Positions 10,988 through 20,154 of a stretch of DNA of 64,000 nucleotides are shown piece after piece. Positions within the stretch are counted from its first letter, which is position 1, and each line of letters begins with the position of its first letter. A model generated the notes under the pieces. The model ran no database searches and was not told the DNA's origin. It was given only the letters and a program-made list of their open reading frames with translations. The DNA is from Rhodospirillaceae bacterium. Lineage in GTDB: Bacteria > Pseudomonadota > Alphaproteobacteria > SHVP01. Location of the stretch: contig PBKD01000014.1 in the NCBI GenBank assembly GCA_002722055.1, forward strand, positions 16,533 to 80,532, read 5' to 3'. The position numbers and the translations under genes are program-made.

Positions 10988-12001
10988 TTACACCTCACCT
11001 TTAGGGAACCAACAAGCTACTTGCCTATTATCCCTTTTCTCTAATAAAGGCCTTTCGGCACAATTTTCTTTAGTAAACTTGCAACGAGATGAGAAAGCAC
11101 AACCTTGAACAATATCTTCTGCTGTAGGCGGCTGACCAGGAATAGGAACTAATTTTGGACGCCTAATATCAAACCTTGGAACAGCTGAGAGAAGTCCCAT
11201 TGTATATGGGTGTCTAGGACTAGATAAAACTTCTTCAATTGTTCCTGTTTCAACAATTCTGCCGGCATACATAACTGCAATACGATCGCAGATTTCAGCA
11301 GCTACTCCCATATCATGTGTAATTAATATCATCGTTGCATTAGCAAGTCTCTCTCTAAACAAGTCTAAAATCTGAGCTTGAATTGTTGCATCTAAAGCAG
11401 TTGTAGCTTCATCAGCAATAATAACTTCTGGATGATTGATTAAAGCTAAAGCTATCATTACTCTTTGTCTTAAACCACCTGACAATTCATGGGGAAAAGC
11501 TTCAAGCCTATCTCTTGCTGATGGAATTCCAACATCATCAAGAGCTTGAAAAGCAATTTCTAAAGCTTCAGATTTTGAAACATTTTGGTGACGAATAACT
11601 GACTCACATAATTGAGAACCAATATTTCTCACTGGATTAAGACCTGTCATTGGATCTTGAAAAACCATACCCAAATCATTTCCTCTAACTTTCCGTAATT
11701 CATTAATTGGAAGATTATCAATTCTTCGATCTCTAAGGTTGATTGATCCCTCGATTATTCTGCCTGGAACTGGGACTAAACCTAAAAGGCTTAAAGCAGT
11801 CATACTTTTTCCTGATCCTGACTCTCCAACAAGACCTAAAGTTTCCCCTTTTCTGAGTTCAAAAGAAACACCGTTAACTGCATTAAATGGAGTTTTCTTT
11901 TTAGGTCTAGGAAATTGCACAACAACATCTTTTACATTAAGGATAACTTCATTATCGAGATTACCAATATCTCGATTCTCCATTTCAGTTTGTAAAGTCA
12001 T
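10988..12001 (-). CDS. Oligopeptide/dipeptide ABC transporter ATPase (OppD/DppD-like)
   Basis: GESGSGKS, FQDPM, LSGGLRQR, ADEATTALD, ITHD, C-terminal Cys cluster. Confidence 0.93.
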   Translation of the reverse strand: MTLQTEMENRDIGNLDNEVILNVKDVVVQFPRPKKKTPFNAVNGVSFELRKGETLGLVGESGSGKSMTALSLLGLVPVPGRIIEGSINLRDRRIDNLPINELRKVRGNDLGMVFQDPMTGLNPVRNIGSQLCESVIRHQNVSKSEALEIAFQALDDVGIPSARDRLEAFPHELSGGLRQRVMIALALINHPEVIIADEATTALDATIQAQILDLFRERLANATMILITHDMGVAAEICDRIAVMYAGRIVETGTIEEVLSSPRHPYTMGLLSAVPRFDIRRPKLVPIPGQPPTAEDIVQGCAFSSRCKFTKENCAERPLLEKRDNRQVACWFPKGEV

Positions 12002-12870
12002 ACTTCAACTGCCCTTGCACGTTTTCTTGAAAGTTCTGCTATTCCATCACCAATTAAATTTAATGAAATAACCGACCAGACTATTGTTATAGCTGGAACA
12101 AGCATCATCCAAGGTGCAATTACTAAATACTGTCTACTATCAGAAAGCATATTTCCCCATGAGGGTGCATTTAGAGGAGCCCCTAAACCTAGAAAGGAAA
12201 GTGCACTCTCAATGATAAGTAATACTGCAAAAAAGAAAGCAGCCATTACAAGAATGGTTGGCCTTAGACCTGGAAGGATATGAAAAATTAATATGGACCA
12301 TTTAGAAACACCAAATAACCTTGCAGCTAAGACGTACTCCCTTGTGAGCAACCCTCTAGCTTCAGCATAGATAACACGAGAAACTGCTGTCCAAGCTATA
12401 AACCCCATTGTTAAAGACAAAGTCCAGAAACCCCTCTCAAATAAAGCCGTTACGACTAAAGCCAAAACTAAAAAAGGCATAGCAATCATTGCTGATACAC
12501 CCAAAAGAACAGTTGTTCGAATCCAATTCTCATACCACGCTCCTATTAGACCGATAGTCGTTCCTATAACAGCAACACAAATAACAGCAACACCGCTTAT
12601 TCCTAGAGACCAAGGAAGACCACCCATGACTCTAAAAAATAAATCTCTCCCTAATTGATCAGTTCCAAAGACATGATAACCTCCCTGCGGACCATCATAA
12701 CCAGGAGGTTTTAGTCTCTCTCTCAAATTTCCATCAAGGAAATCTTCTCCTAAAAAAATTAGTTGAACTAATAACGCAATAACAATCACAAAAAACATGA
12801 CTAATCCAAGATCCAATTGCAGGGAACCGGTGCTAGGAATTTTAATTTTTGAAGAAGTATTTGTTGTCAC
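11998..12870 (-). CDS. Peptide-type ABC transporter permease (OppC/DppC-like)
   Basis: FGTDQLGRD, EYVLAARLFG (EAA loop), ESALSFLGLG, PSWGNML. Confidence 0.93.
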   Translation of the reverse strand: MTTNTSSKIKIPSTGSLQLDLGLVMFFVIVIALLVQLIFLGEDFLDGNLRERLKPPGYDGPQGGYHVFGTDQLGRDLFFRVMGGLPWSLGISGVAVICVAVIGTTIGLIGAWYENWIRTTVLLGVSAMIAMPFLVLALVVTALFERGFWTLSLTMGFIAWTAVSRVIYAEARGLLTREYVLAARLFGVSKWSILIFHILPGLRPTILVMAAFFFAVLLIIESALSFLGLGAPLNAPSWGNMLSDSRQYLVIAPWMMLVPAITIVWSVISLNLIGDGIAELSRKRARAVEV

Positions 12871-13907
12871 GCTCTTTGCCTCCTCAATCTAGGGTCAATG
12901 AAAATAAAAGCAAGATCAGTAGCGGTTATTGATAAGTAAACAAATACAGAGATAACAAAAACAGCTGCTTGCACAACTGGAAAATCTAAAGTTGTGACTG
13001 AGGTAACTAACAATCTTCCTAAACCAGGCCATGCAAAAATAACTTCTGTAATTATTGATCCACCTATAAGAAAGGAAACTTGGGCCCCAATTAAAGCTGT
13101 TGCTCCTAACATTGCATTTTTCAAAGCATGTTTCCAAAGCAAAGTATTAAATCCAGCTCCATTTGCTCGAGCAGTTCTAATATAATCTTCTCGCATTGCT
13201 TCGGAAACGTTTGCAGAAATAACCCTAATAACTTGTGGAGCTTGGAACGAGGCAAGAGTTATAGCAGGCATTATCCAGCTCTCAGGCCCCTGATTTCCTA
13301 TAGATGGAAGCCAGCGTAATTCAACTGAAAAAACTTGAATTAAAATTAGCCCAGTTATATACCCTGGAATTCCTTGTAAAATAAAAACTCCAGTAGAGCC
13401 AAGTTTTCGTCCTGTTCTATCTGGTCTACTTCCTAACCACGCACCTAAAGGAATTGAAATAATCAAATTAGCTGTGAAAGCAATAAGAACAAGAGTAAAA
13501 CTTGTAGGAAGTCTCTCTAATACCAAACCCAATGCATCTTGAGCATTAGCAAGGGATGTACCAAAATCAAAGACAACCATTTTCATCAGAAAAACCCCAT
13601 ATTGTATATATAGTGGTTTATCAAAACCATACTGTTTTCTGATTAATTCAAGTTGCTCTTGATCTCCTGTTTCTCCAGCTAATATAGCCGCAGGATCTCC
13701 TGTTAACCTTAGTAGAAAAAATAACAAGGTAGATACAAAAAGAAGTAAAAAGATAAGCTCAGCAAACCTTCTTAAAATTGTTCTAACTGTTTGTTGCGCA
13801 ACAGGTATAGTTTCCACATCACCAGCAGACGTGCTGTTTTGACTCAGGTCTTCTTGAACTTCTTCATTATCATTTATTTGGTTATTTTTTTCTATTTTAT
13901 CAGTCAC
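12867..13907 (-). CDS. Peptide-type ABC transporter permease (OppB/DppB-like)
   Basis: GDPA, DFGTSL, DYIRTARANG, HALKNA, EVIFAWPGLG, DPRLR. Confidence 0.93.
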   Translation of the reverse strand: MTDKIEKNNQINDNEEVQEDLSQNSTSAGDVETIPVAQQTVRTILRRFAELIFLLLFVSTLLFFLLRLTGDPAAILAGETGDQEQLELIRKQYGFDKPLYIQYGVFLMKMVVFDFGTSLANAQDALGLVLERLPTSFTLVLIAFTANLIISIPLGAWLGSRPDRTGRKLGSTGVFILQGIPGYITGLILIQVFSVELRWLPSIGNQGPESWIMPAITLASFQAPQVIRVISANVSEAMREDYIRTARANGAGFNTLLWKHALKNAMLGATALIGAQVSFLIGGSIITEVIFAWPGLGRLLVTSVTTLDFPVVQAAVFVISVFVYLSITATDLAFIFIDPRLRRQRA

Positions 13908-14068
13908 AGCACCCTCCCCAATGCTAAGCTGAAATACATTAAATTTTTTATTTTCAAACTTAAAATTTTGGCTGATTATATAATGTAGATAGACAATTTA
14001 CATAATAAAAAGTTACACAAAAACTTGAAAATTTATAAAATTTATAAAATTACTGTAATATATTGCAA

Positions 14069-14989
14069 TTATCTTTCAATAAACTCAATTAATTCTCCTG
14101 CAGCTCCCTTGACAGTTATACTTTTGGCTCCATTGTAAGGGGGAAAATTAATCATTACCGGCTCACTAATAGACATTGGAATAAGTGAATTAATAGAGTC
14201 AATAAATATACTCATTAGAGCATTGCCTTGGGGAAGGAGCCCTTCTTGGTAGTTTCGTTTTTTTGCTATTTTAGGATACTCATCTACCTCTATCAAACTC
14301 TGACCATTAAGAGGTATAACAGTTAAACCATACTGCCCTGTTCCCATTTGAAAACCAAACGAACGATCAAGAACACTGATATTTGTTTTTGATACCTCAC
14401 GTTTTTGTATCCCAAAATTTTTCATATACCAGTTTTGAACTTTTTCGGGATTATCAGTTGCAAGAACCGCTATAAACATATTATCAATATCTGATTCTGC
14501 GTCTGGTAAATCATACTTTGATAATTTTTCTTTGAACATAGTAAGATAAAAAATTTCTTTTCCTAAGCCCTCAATTTGCATAGCTCTTATTTGTTTTGTC
14601 ATTTTCAAGTCTGCTGGCTTACCAATGATTTTAAATGGGGAATTTGATAATTTCTTAAATAATTCATCTGTATCTCTTACAACTAACTCTGCAGCATTCC
14701 AACCATAAGTTGTAAGAGGTTTATAGTCACCATTAATAGGGTACTCAATTATCCTTAATTGAAAATTTTTTCCACTTGATGGTTCTAGACAGGAAAATTT
14801 TGAACCTATAAGTTTCTCTGCACCCCAAGAATTTGCCAATTCTTCAGAAATTATACCTTGGAAAGTTAATGTATAATCCAACCAATCTTGATAGCTTTTT
14901 TCTACTATGTCTTTTTTTGATGTGACAATAGTTGATGCAACCCAGGGACCGATGACGGGATACTTATTTTCTGTATATTTTTTTTCCAT
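14069..14989 (-). CDS. Uncharacterised protein, probable VOC/glyoxalase-like fold
   Basis: 306-aa ORF with VOC-like module ends (ELVVRDTDEL..IRAMQIEGLGKEIFYL; ITVKGAAGELIEFIE); fold judged by eye. Confidence 0.55.
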   Translation of the reverse strand: MEKKYTENKYPVIGPWVASTIVTSKKDIVEKSYQDWLDYTLTFQGIISEELANSWGAEKLIGSKFSCLEPSSGKNFQLRIIEYPINGDYKPLTTYGWNAAELVVRDTDELFKKLSNSPFKIIGKPADLKMTKQIRAMQIEGLGKEIFYLTMFKEKLSKYDLPDAESDIDNMFIAVLATDNPEKVQNWYMKNFGIQKREVSKTNISVLDRSFGFQMGTGQYGLTVIPLNGQSLIEVDEYPKIAKKRNYQEGLLPQGNALMSIFIDSINSLIPMSISEPVMINFPPYNGAKSITVKGAAGELIEFIER

Positions 14990-15076
14990 TTATATTTTTT
15001 TTAAATTAAACTTTAAGAATAACTATTTATCCTATAGTCTAATATAAACTTAAAAATTTAAGCGGAGCAATAGATA

Positions 15077-15976
15077 ATGAAATATGACTATATCCCAATT
15101 ATCGAGAGAAAACCTTTAAAGTGGCCTAACAATGCCAGGGTTGCTCTAATTTTAACAATCAACCTTGAGCACTGGGATATGATTAAAGATACAAAAGAAC
15201 CTTATTATGCTGGTGGACCTCCTGTACTTCCAGATATGCTGCCAGGTAATGTAGTGGATTGGCCAAATTATTCTTGGAGAGAATACGGTCAAAGAGTAGG
15301 TGTTTGGAGAATTTTTGATGTATTTGATAAACTTGGCGCTCAAGCAAGTTGTACTATTAATGCTGTAACAGCTTTAGAAAGACCTCAAATGGTTCAATAT
15401 GCTGTAAACAAAGGTTGGGAAATTGTTGCTCATAACTACGAACAAGGGGAATTATTAGTCAATTATATGTTTGATGAATCAAAAGAAAAAGAGGTTATTA
15501 AAAAAACTTTAGATGTATATGAAAAAGTTGTAGGTAAAAAAGCAAAGGGTTGGCTTTCTTCAAGTCTTAGAGGAACCCTAAAAACAGCTGATATCATTGC
15601 AGAAGAAGGTCTTATCTTTTATTGCGATTTGATGAATGATGATCAACCTTATCTTATTGAAACATCAACTAAACCAATAGTCTCCACTCCGTATTCAAAT
15701 GAAATTAATGACTTTACTCATTTTCATAGAAGAGGATTTACTACTGATGAAGTTTTAAATCTTTATAAAGAACAATTAGATGTTCTTTGGGAAGAAGGAG
15801 CAAGCACTGGAAAAATAATGAATGTAGGCCTTCACCCACATGTTAGCGGATTACCCTACAGAATTAGAGCATTAAAAGAATTTATTGAATATGCTCAATC
15901 TAAACCTGATGTATGGATAACTAATAGAGAAGAAATTGCTACATGGTATTTAGAAAACCATAAAAGTCATATTTAG
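15077..15976 (+). CDS. CE4 polysaccharide deacetylase family, PuuE/allantoinase-like amidohydrolase
   Basis: WPNNARVAL..NLE, EYGQRVGVWR, WEIVAHNY, DDQPY, PYSNEIND, GLHPHVSG..R. Confidence 0.85.
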   Translation: MKYDYIPIIERKPLKWPNNARVALILTINLEHWDMIKDTKEPYYAGGPPVLPDMLPGNVVDWPNYSWREYGQRVGVWRIFDVFDKLGAQASCTINAVTALERPQMVQYAVNKGWEIVAHNYEQGELLVNYMFDESKEKEVIKKTLDVYEKVVGKKAKGWLSSSLRGTLKTADIIAEEGLIFYCDLMNDDQPYLIETSTKPIVSTPYSNEINDFTHFHRRGFTTDEVLNLYKEQLDVLWEEGASTGKIMNVGLHPHVSGLPYRIRALKEFIEYAQSKPDVWITNREEIATWYLENHKSHI

Positions 15977-16042
15977 TATTTAAGGTATTATTCTTAAAAA
16001 TTAAATCTTTATGTTTTCCCACAGAAAAAACAACTTTTAAAT

Positions 16043-16471
16043 TTATTTTGCAATCCATGGCTTGAGGGCTATAAATTGATTAATTAAAGAAAGATAATCT
16101 TCTCTACTCACAACTTTGGAAACATCCTCAATAAGGGCCCAATGGCGTTCTCTTTTTTGTTTTTCTGGCCACTCATCTAATTGCTTATGGACAATAAATG
16201 GATAATAAGTTACTGGGGACTTTTCAATTCTACCTTTAATAGACTTTGTTATAAGAGTCGTGATTGGAAAATCAGTTAGTACCTCTCCCTTAACACCTGC
16301 TTCCTCAAAAGCTTCTCTTTTACACCCATCCTCATGATTCTCATCTGATTTAAGTTTACCTTTTGGGAGAATCCACCTACCTCTTGTTTGAGACGTTACA
16401 AAAAGAATTGCAGTTTGTGAGCCTTTTGTCCTAAAAGGTATTACACCAATTTTATGTTTTATATCAATCAT
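16043..16471 (-). CDS. Nudix hydrolase (diphosphoinositol/polyphosphate hydrolase-like subfamily)
   Basis: Nudix box GKLKSDENHEDGCKREAFEEAGV, RWILPKG, WPE...RERHW; downstream of pit. Confidence 0.88.
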   Translation of the reverse strand: MIDIKHKIGVIPFRTKGSQTAILFVTSQTRGRWILPKGKLKSDENHEDGCKREAFEEAGVKGEVLTDFPITTLITKSIKGRIEKSPVTYYPFIVHKQLDEWPEKQKRERHWALIEDVSKVVSREDYLSLINQFIALKPWIAK

Positions 16472-16501
16472 AACTATTTTAATTAAATTAGATTATAAAT
16501 C

Positions 16502-18025
16502 TCATGCCATATTTAAAATTTTAACTAGAACAAAATATATTGAACCACTTAAACATGCAGCCGCAGGAACTGTTCCAATCCAACCTGCGACAATAGAATA
16601 AAGAAATCTTCTTCTGACTAATCTTCTTTTGTGACGAATACCAACCTTAAAAAAGGCATCTTCTGCAGTTTTATTTAATTTATGCCCAGGTCTTAATTTC
16701 TTTTTATTTGGATTTTCAAGATACTCCCGCAAAAAACCAATACCAAAAATTGAACCTATCGCAATATGTGTTGAGCTGACTGGTAATCCTAAACTAGTTG
16801 CAATTAAAACAGTAATAGCTGACGAAAGAGCAACACAATAAGCCCTTGGCGCATTTAGCCTTGTTACCTTTTGACCCACAGTTTTAATTAACTTGGGCCC
16901 AAAAAGAAGCAAGCCAAGGGCAATGCCAAGAGCACCAATAAGTATTACCCAAAAAGGTATTGTAACTTTGGATGCTATTTCTGAATTTTCTCCCAAGGAA
17001 GCAACAATTGCAGCCAGTGGCCCAACAGCGTTTGCAACATCATTAGCACCATGAGCAAAGCATAATAAGCTAACACCAATGATTAAAGGAATATTAAAAA
17101 AATTATAAATATCTTTTTTATTATTCTCTAAGTGTAAAGATTGATTATTTACAATAGGCTTTGAAAAAAACCAAAAAATTGGTAAAGCTAAAAAAGAATA
17201 AAAAATTATTTCTGTTGAAGAGGGTTTCCATATTTTTTTTAGACCTTTCATAGACATATAAGCTACGAATGCAGCTCCCATCAGCGCATACAAAATAGGC
17301 AGCCATCTTTTAGCTGCTGAAATTTTATCATGGACATTTAAAATTTTTAATTTAATTATAAGCAAAATAGAAGCAGCTATCACGCCACCTAAAACAGGAG
17401 AAATGACCCAACTAGATGCAATCTTCAACATCGTATTCCAATCTACTACATTGAAACCTGCAGCGACCAATCCTGCTCCTAAAATACCTCCAACGATTGA
17501 ATGTGTTGTCGAAACTGGAGCGTTAAAAAAAGTTGCAAGATTTATCCAAAGTGCAGCAGCGAGTAAGGCGCTTAACATCACATACCTTAGCTCACTGAGA
17601 GTTATGAATCCTTTAGGAGTTATTATCCCTTTTGCAACAGTTTTTACAACATCACCTCCAGCCAATAAAGCGCCTAGACTCTCGCAAACTGCGGCAATAA
17701 TAACCGCAGCTGTAATAGTTAAGACTTTTCCTCCAACTGCTGGACCCATATTATTAGCTACATCATTTGCCCCAATATTGAGGGCCATGTAACCACCTAT
17801 CATTGCCGCACTAATTAAAATTAAAGTTTGTTGATTCTCTAAAGCAAAATAGTTTCCAATAACTATACCAATCAAAGCCAGAAAAACAGCAGCAATTCCC
17901 AAATATAACCATTGGGAGCGTTGGGTTAAAACTTGTCCTTGGGAGAATGCAAACCTTCTAAGGTCATTCACATACCTATTAACTAAATCTTTTTGTTCTA
18001 TTCTATTCGGATCTTCGCCTTGCAT
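16502..18025 (-). CDS. pit: Inorganic phosphate transporter (PiT family)
   Basis: Both PiT signatures (GANDVAN twice), PVSTTHS and PVSSTH. Confidence 0.95.
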   Translation of the reverse strand: MQGEDPNRIEQKDLVNRYVNDLRRFAFSQGQVLTQRSQWLYLGIAAVFLALIGIVIGNYFALENQQTLILISAAMIGGYMALNIGANDVANNMGPAVGGKVLTITAAVIIAAVCESLGALLAGGDVVKTVAKGIITPKGFITLSELRYVMLSALLAAALWINLATFFNAPVSTTHSIVGGILGAGLVAAGFNVVDWNTMLKIASSWVISPVLGGVIAASILLIIKLKILNVHDKISAAKRWLPILYALMGAAFVAYMSMKGLKKIWKPSSTEIIFYSFLALPIFWFFSKPIVNNQSLHLENNKKDIYNFFNIPLIIGVSLLCFAHGANDVANAVGPLAAIVASLGENSEIASKVTIPFWVILIGALGIALGLLLFGPKLIKTVGQKVTRLNAPRAYCVALSSAITVLIATSLGLPVSSTHIAIGSIFGIGFLREYLENPNKKKLRPGHKLNKTAEDAFFKVGIRHKRRLVRRRFLYSIVAGWIGTVPAAACLSGSIYFVLVKILNMA

Positions 18026-18065
18026 GCGGAAAATACCTTAAAAAAATTTAATCTATTATCGCGCT

Positions 18066-18093
18066 TGATATAACATTACCTTTTACATGTCAA
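18066..18093 (-). promoter_or_regulatory. Possible sigma70-type promoter for pit-nudix
   Basis: Minus strand has a perfect TTGACA followed by TGTTATATCAA ~40 nt upstream of the pit ATG; the -10 register is ambiguous. Confidence 0.35.
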
Positions 18094-18125
18094 CATCAAA
18101 AAATAAATTTTTTTCTAAATATTTT

Positions 18126-18308
18126 TTAATTTTTTTCTTCATTAAAATAATCATTACCTATTAATTCTCTAGCTGGAAAGTTTGCAGCCAAGACATTCCT
18201 ATTTTGATCAACAATGATTATGGGATCTGGAAAACTATCAAGAATTGAAGTTTCTATTTGTCCTAATTTATATTTATTTGAACTCATTTGACCGTTATTT
18301 TCGATCAT
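18126..18308 (-). pseudogene. Truncated PAS-domain fragment, PhoR-like sensor kinase remnant
   Basis: ILDSFPDPIIIVDQNRNVLAANFPARELIG is a typical PAS N-terminal motif; the ORF stops after 60 aa with no kinase domain; directly upstream of pit. Confidence 0.6.
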
Positions 18309-18405
18309 TCTTCTATTCCAATACCAAAAAAATTTTTTTCAAATATAATTATATTAAAAAAATGATTTAAATGTTATTAGTATTAACTTTAAGGGTGAAT
18401 TAATT

Positions 18406-19404
18406 GTGAATAGAGTAGCTAAATATTATGAATTTGGAGAACCTCTCAAAGTAGTAAAGATTGAAGAGGAGAAAACACCTACACCAGAAAGTAATCAAGT
18501 TTTATTAGGTATGGAAGCAGCATGCCTTCATTTGGCTGATGTATACAAAGTTACCGGTGTTAGAGATTTTTCATCTCCTCCCCCTGGCATTCCTGGAGCA
18601 GAAGGAGTTGGGAAAGTTATCGCTATTGGAGATAAAATTAATAATATAAATATTGGCGACAGATTTCTTGCGCCTCTTTCTTCAGGCACTTGTCGAGACG
18701 AACTGATTGTAGATGCAGATAAGTTAATTCCGGCACCACCTAATGGTGATACTTTTCAATTAGCTATGGCAACTGTAAATCCTGTTACAAGCTGGCTACT
18801 TTTTTATGCATTTATAAAACATAAACCGGGTAGTTGGATTCTGCAAAATGGCGGTAATTCTGCTTGCGGCAGATATGTAATACAAATTGCAAAAACAGAA
18901 GGTATAAAAACCGTAAGTGCTGTTAGAAGGTTGGAAGTTAGAGATGAACTAGAGAGAATTGGTGCTGATGCTGTCGTAAAAGATAGTGAAGAGTTACCCA
19001 ATTTTGTATCAGATGTTACTAATGATGCAGATATTAAATTAGGGTTAGATGTTGCTGCAGGTGATGGAACAGGATGGATAGCTAGTTCTTTAGGAGAATT
19101 AGGATTAATTGTAAATTATGGATTAATGTCTGGGAAAGACCTAACTATACCCAAAGAAACATCTTTGGGAAAAGGAATAAGGTTTCAAGGGTTTATGATG
19201 TCTCGAACGTTTAACACCCTCTATACAAAAGAACAAGAAATCGAAATTAGAAAAAAAGTTTCTAACTTAGTTGGATCAGGAGAATTAACAGCAAAGGTTG
19301 CAGATGTCTATTCCCTTGATAATATTGCTGAAGCTCTTGATCATGCCAATAGAAGAGGCTCAGATAGAGATGGCAAAATATTAGTGAAGATGGGCTATTA
19401 CTGA
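18406..19404 (+). CDS. MDR-family NAD(P)H oxidoreductase (2-enoyl thioester reductase-like)
   Basis: PGAEGVGKV, VNPVTS, QNGGNSACGR, VNYGLMSG, GKILV. Confidence 0.85.
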   Translation: MNRVAKYYEFGEPLKVVKIEEEKTPTPESNQVLLGMEAACLHLADVYKVTGVRDFSSPPPGIPGAEGVGKVIAIGDKINNINIGDRFLAPLSSGTCRDELIVDADKLIPAPPNGDTFQLAMATVNPVTSWLLFYAFIKHKPGSWILQNGGNSACGRYVIQIAKTEGIKTVSAVRRLEVRDELERIGADAVVKDSEELPNFVSDVTNDADIKLGLDVAAGDGTGWIASSLGELGLIVNYGLMSGKDLTIPKETSLGKGIRFQGFMMSRTFNTLYTKEQEIEIRKKVSNLVGSGELTAKVADVYSLDNIAEALDHANRRGSDRDGKILVKMGYY

Positions 19405-19423
19405 TATACAATGTTCTCAGATA

Positions 19424-20044
19424 TTATTTTACTGAGCTATTTATGCCTTCTTCATTAACTTTAAAAATTATATCAAATCTTTTCTGAAGGTCTCGCTTAC
19501 ACAAATCTCCGCCTTCAGCTTCATCTCCAACAATGTTTTTTAAGTCACTGATTGTTTCATTCGTTAGAATAACAATAACATTTGTATCTTTAGCTATAGC
19601 AAAAGGAAATTCATGCCACGTTCCAATATTTAAAACTAATCCACAACTACCATCAAAATAAAATGCCTCAACCTCGTCTAAAACTGGATGATCTGGCGCA
19701 TTTGAATTCCATGACCCATCAGACTCTCTACAAGTTGGAGCACCTAAAACTGCAACAAATGGTTTGCCCTCCATAGGAATAAAAGTTTGAGTATGCTTGT
19801 TATGGTATTCCATCCACCTTACTTCCATTGGTCTCGGGTTAAGTGTAGCTAGTGTAAGGTTAGTATCATTATTAGATAAAAAAGGAATAGGAGTAGTGAC
19901 CACTGCTTCCCCATAATATGGAGTATTTCCATTATCTAATTTCAAAGGTGACTGAATTAAATGTCCATATTTTGCAAGATTTTTAGGAGTTGCAGTCTTT
20001 AATTCTAATAACTTTTCCTGCTTTTGTAACTCTGAATTAGGCAT
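19424..20044 (-). CDS. Ureidoglycolate lyase-like (AllA family) cupin
   Basis: AKYGHLI, MEYH..HTQTFIPM, GTWHEFP motifs. Confidence 0.7.
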   Translation of the reverse strand: MPNSELQKQEKLLELKTATPKNLAKYGHLIQSPLKLDNGNTPYYGEAVVTTPIPFLSNNDTNLTLATLNPRPMEVRWMEYHNKHTQTFIPMEGKPFVAVLGAPTCRESDGSWNSNAPDHPVLDEVEAFYFDGSCGLVLNIGTWHEFPFAIAKDTNVIVILTNETISDLKNIVGDEAEGGDLCKRDLQKRFDIIFKVNEEGINSSVK

Positions 20045-20154
20045 AATGATCTCCCATAATTAATTTATTTTAGTTGTATATATTTTATAACTAATTTACT
20101 GTTTTTATAATAACTATTTTGCTTTGAACTAAAATTTTTATAAAAGGACTGAAA

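Noticed and set aside
14028..14052. 9-bp AAATTTATA tandem repeat
   Set aside because: Low-complexity A/T sequence expected by chance
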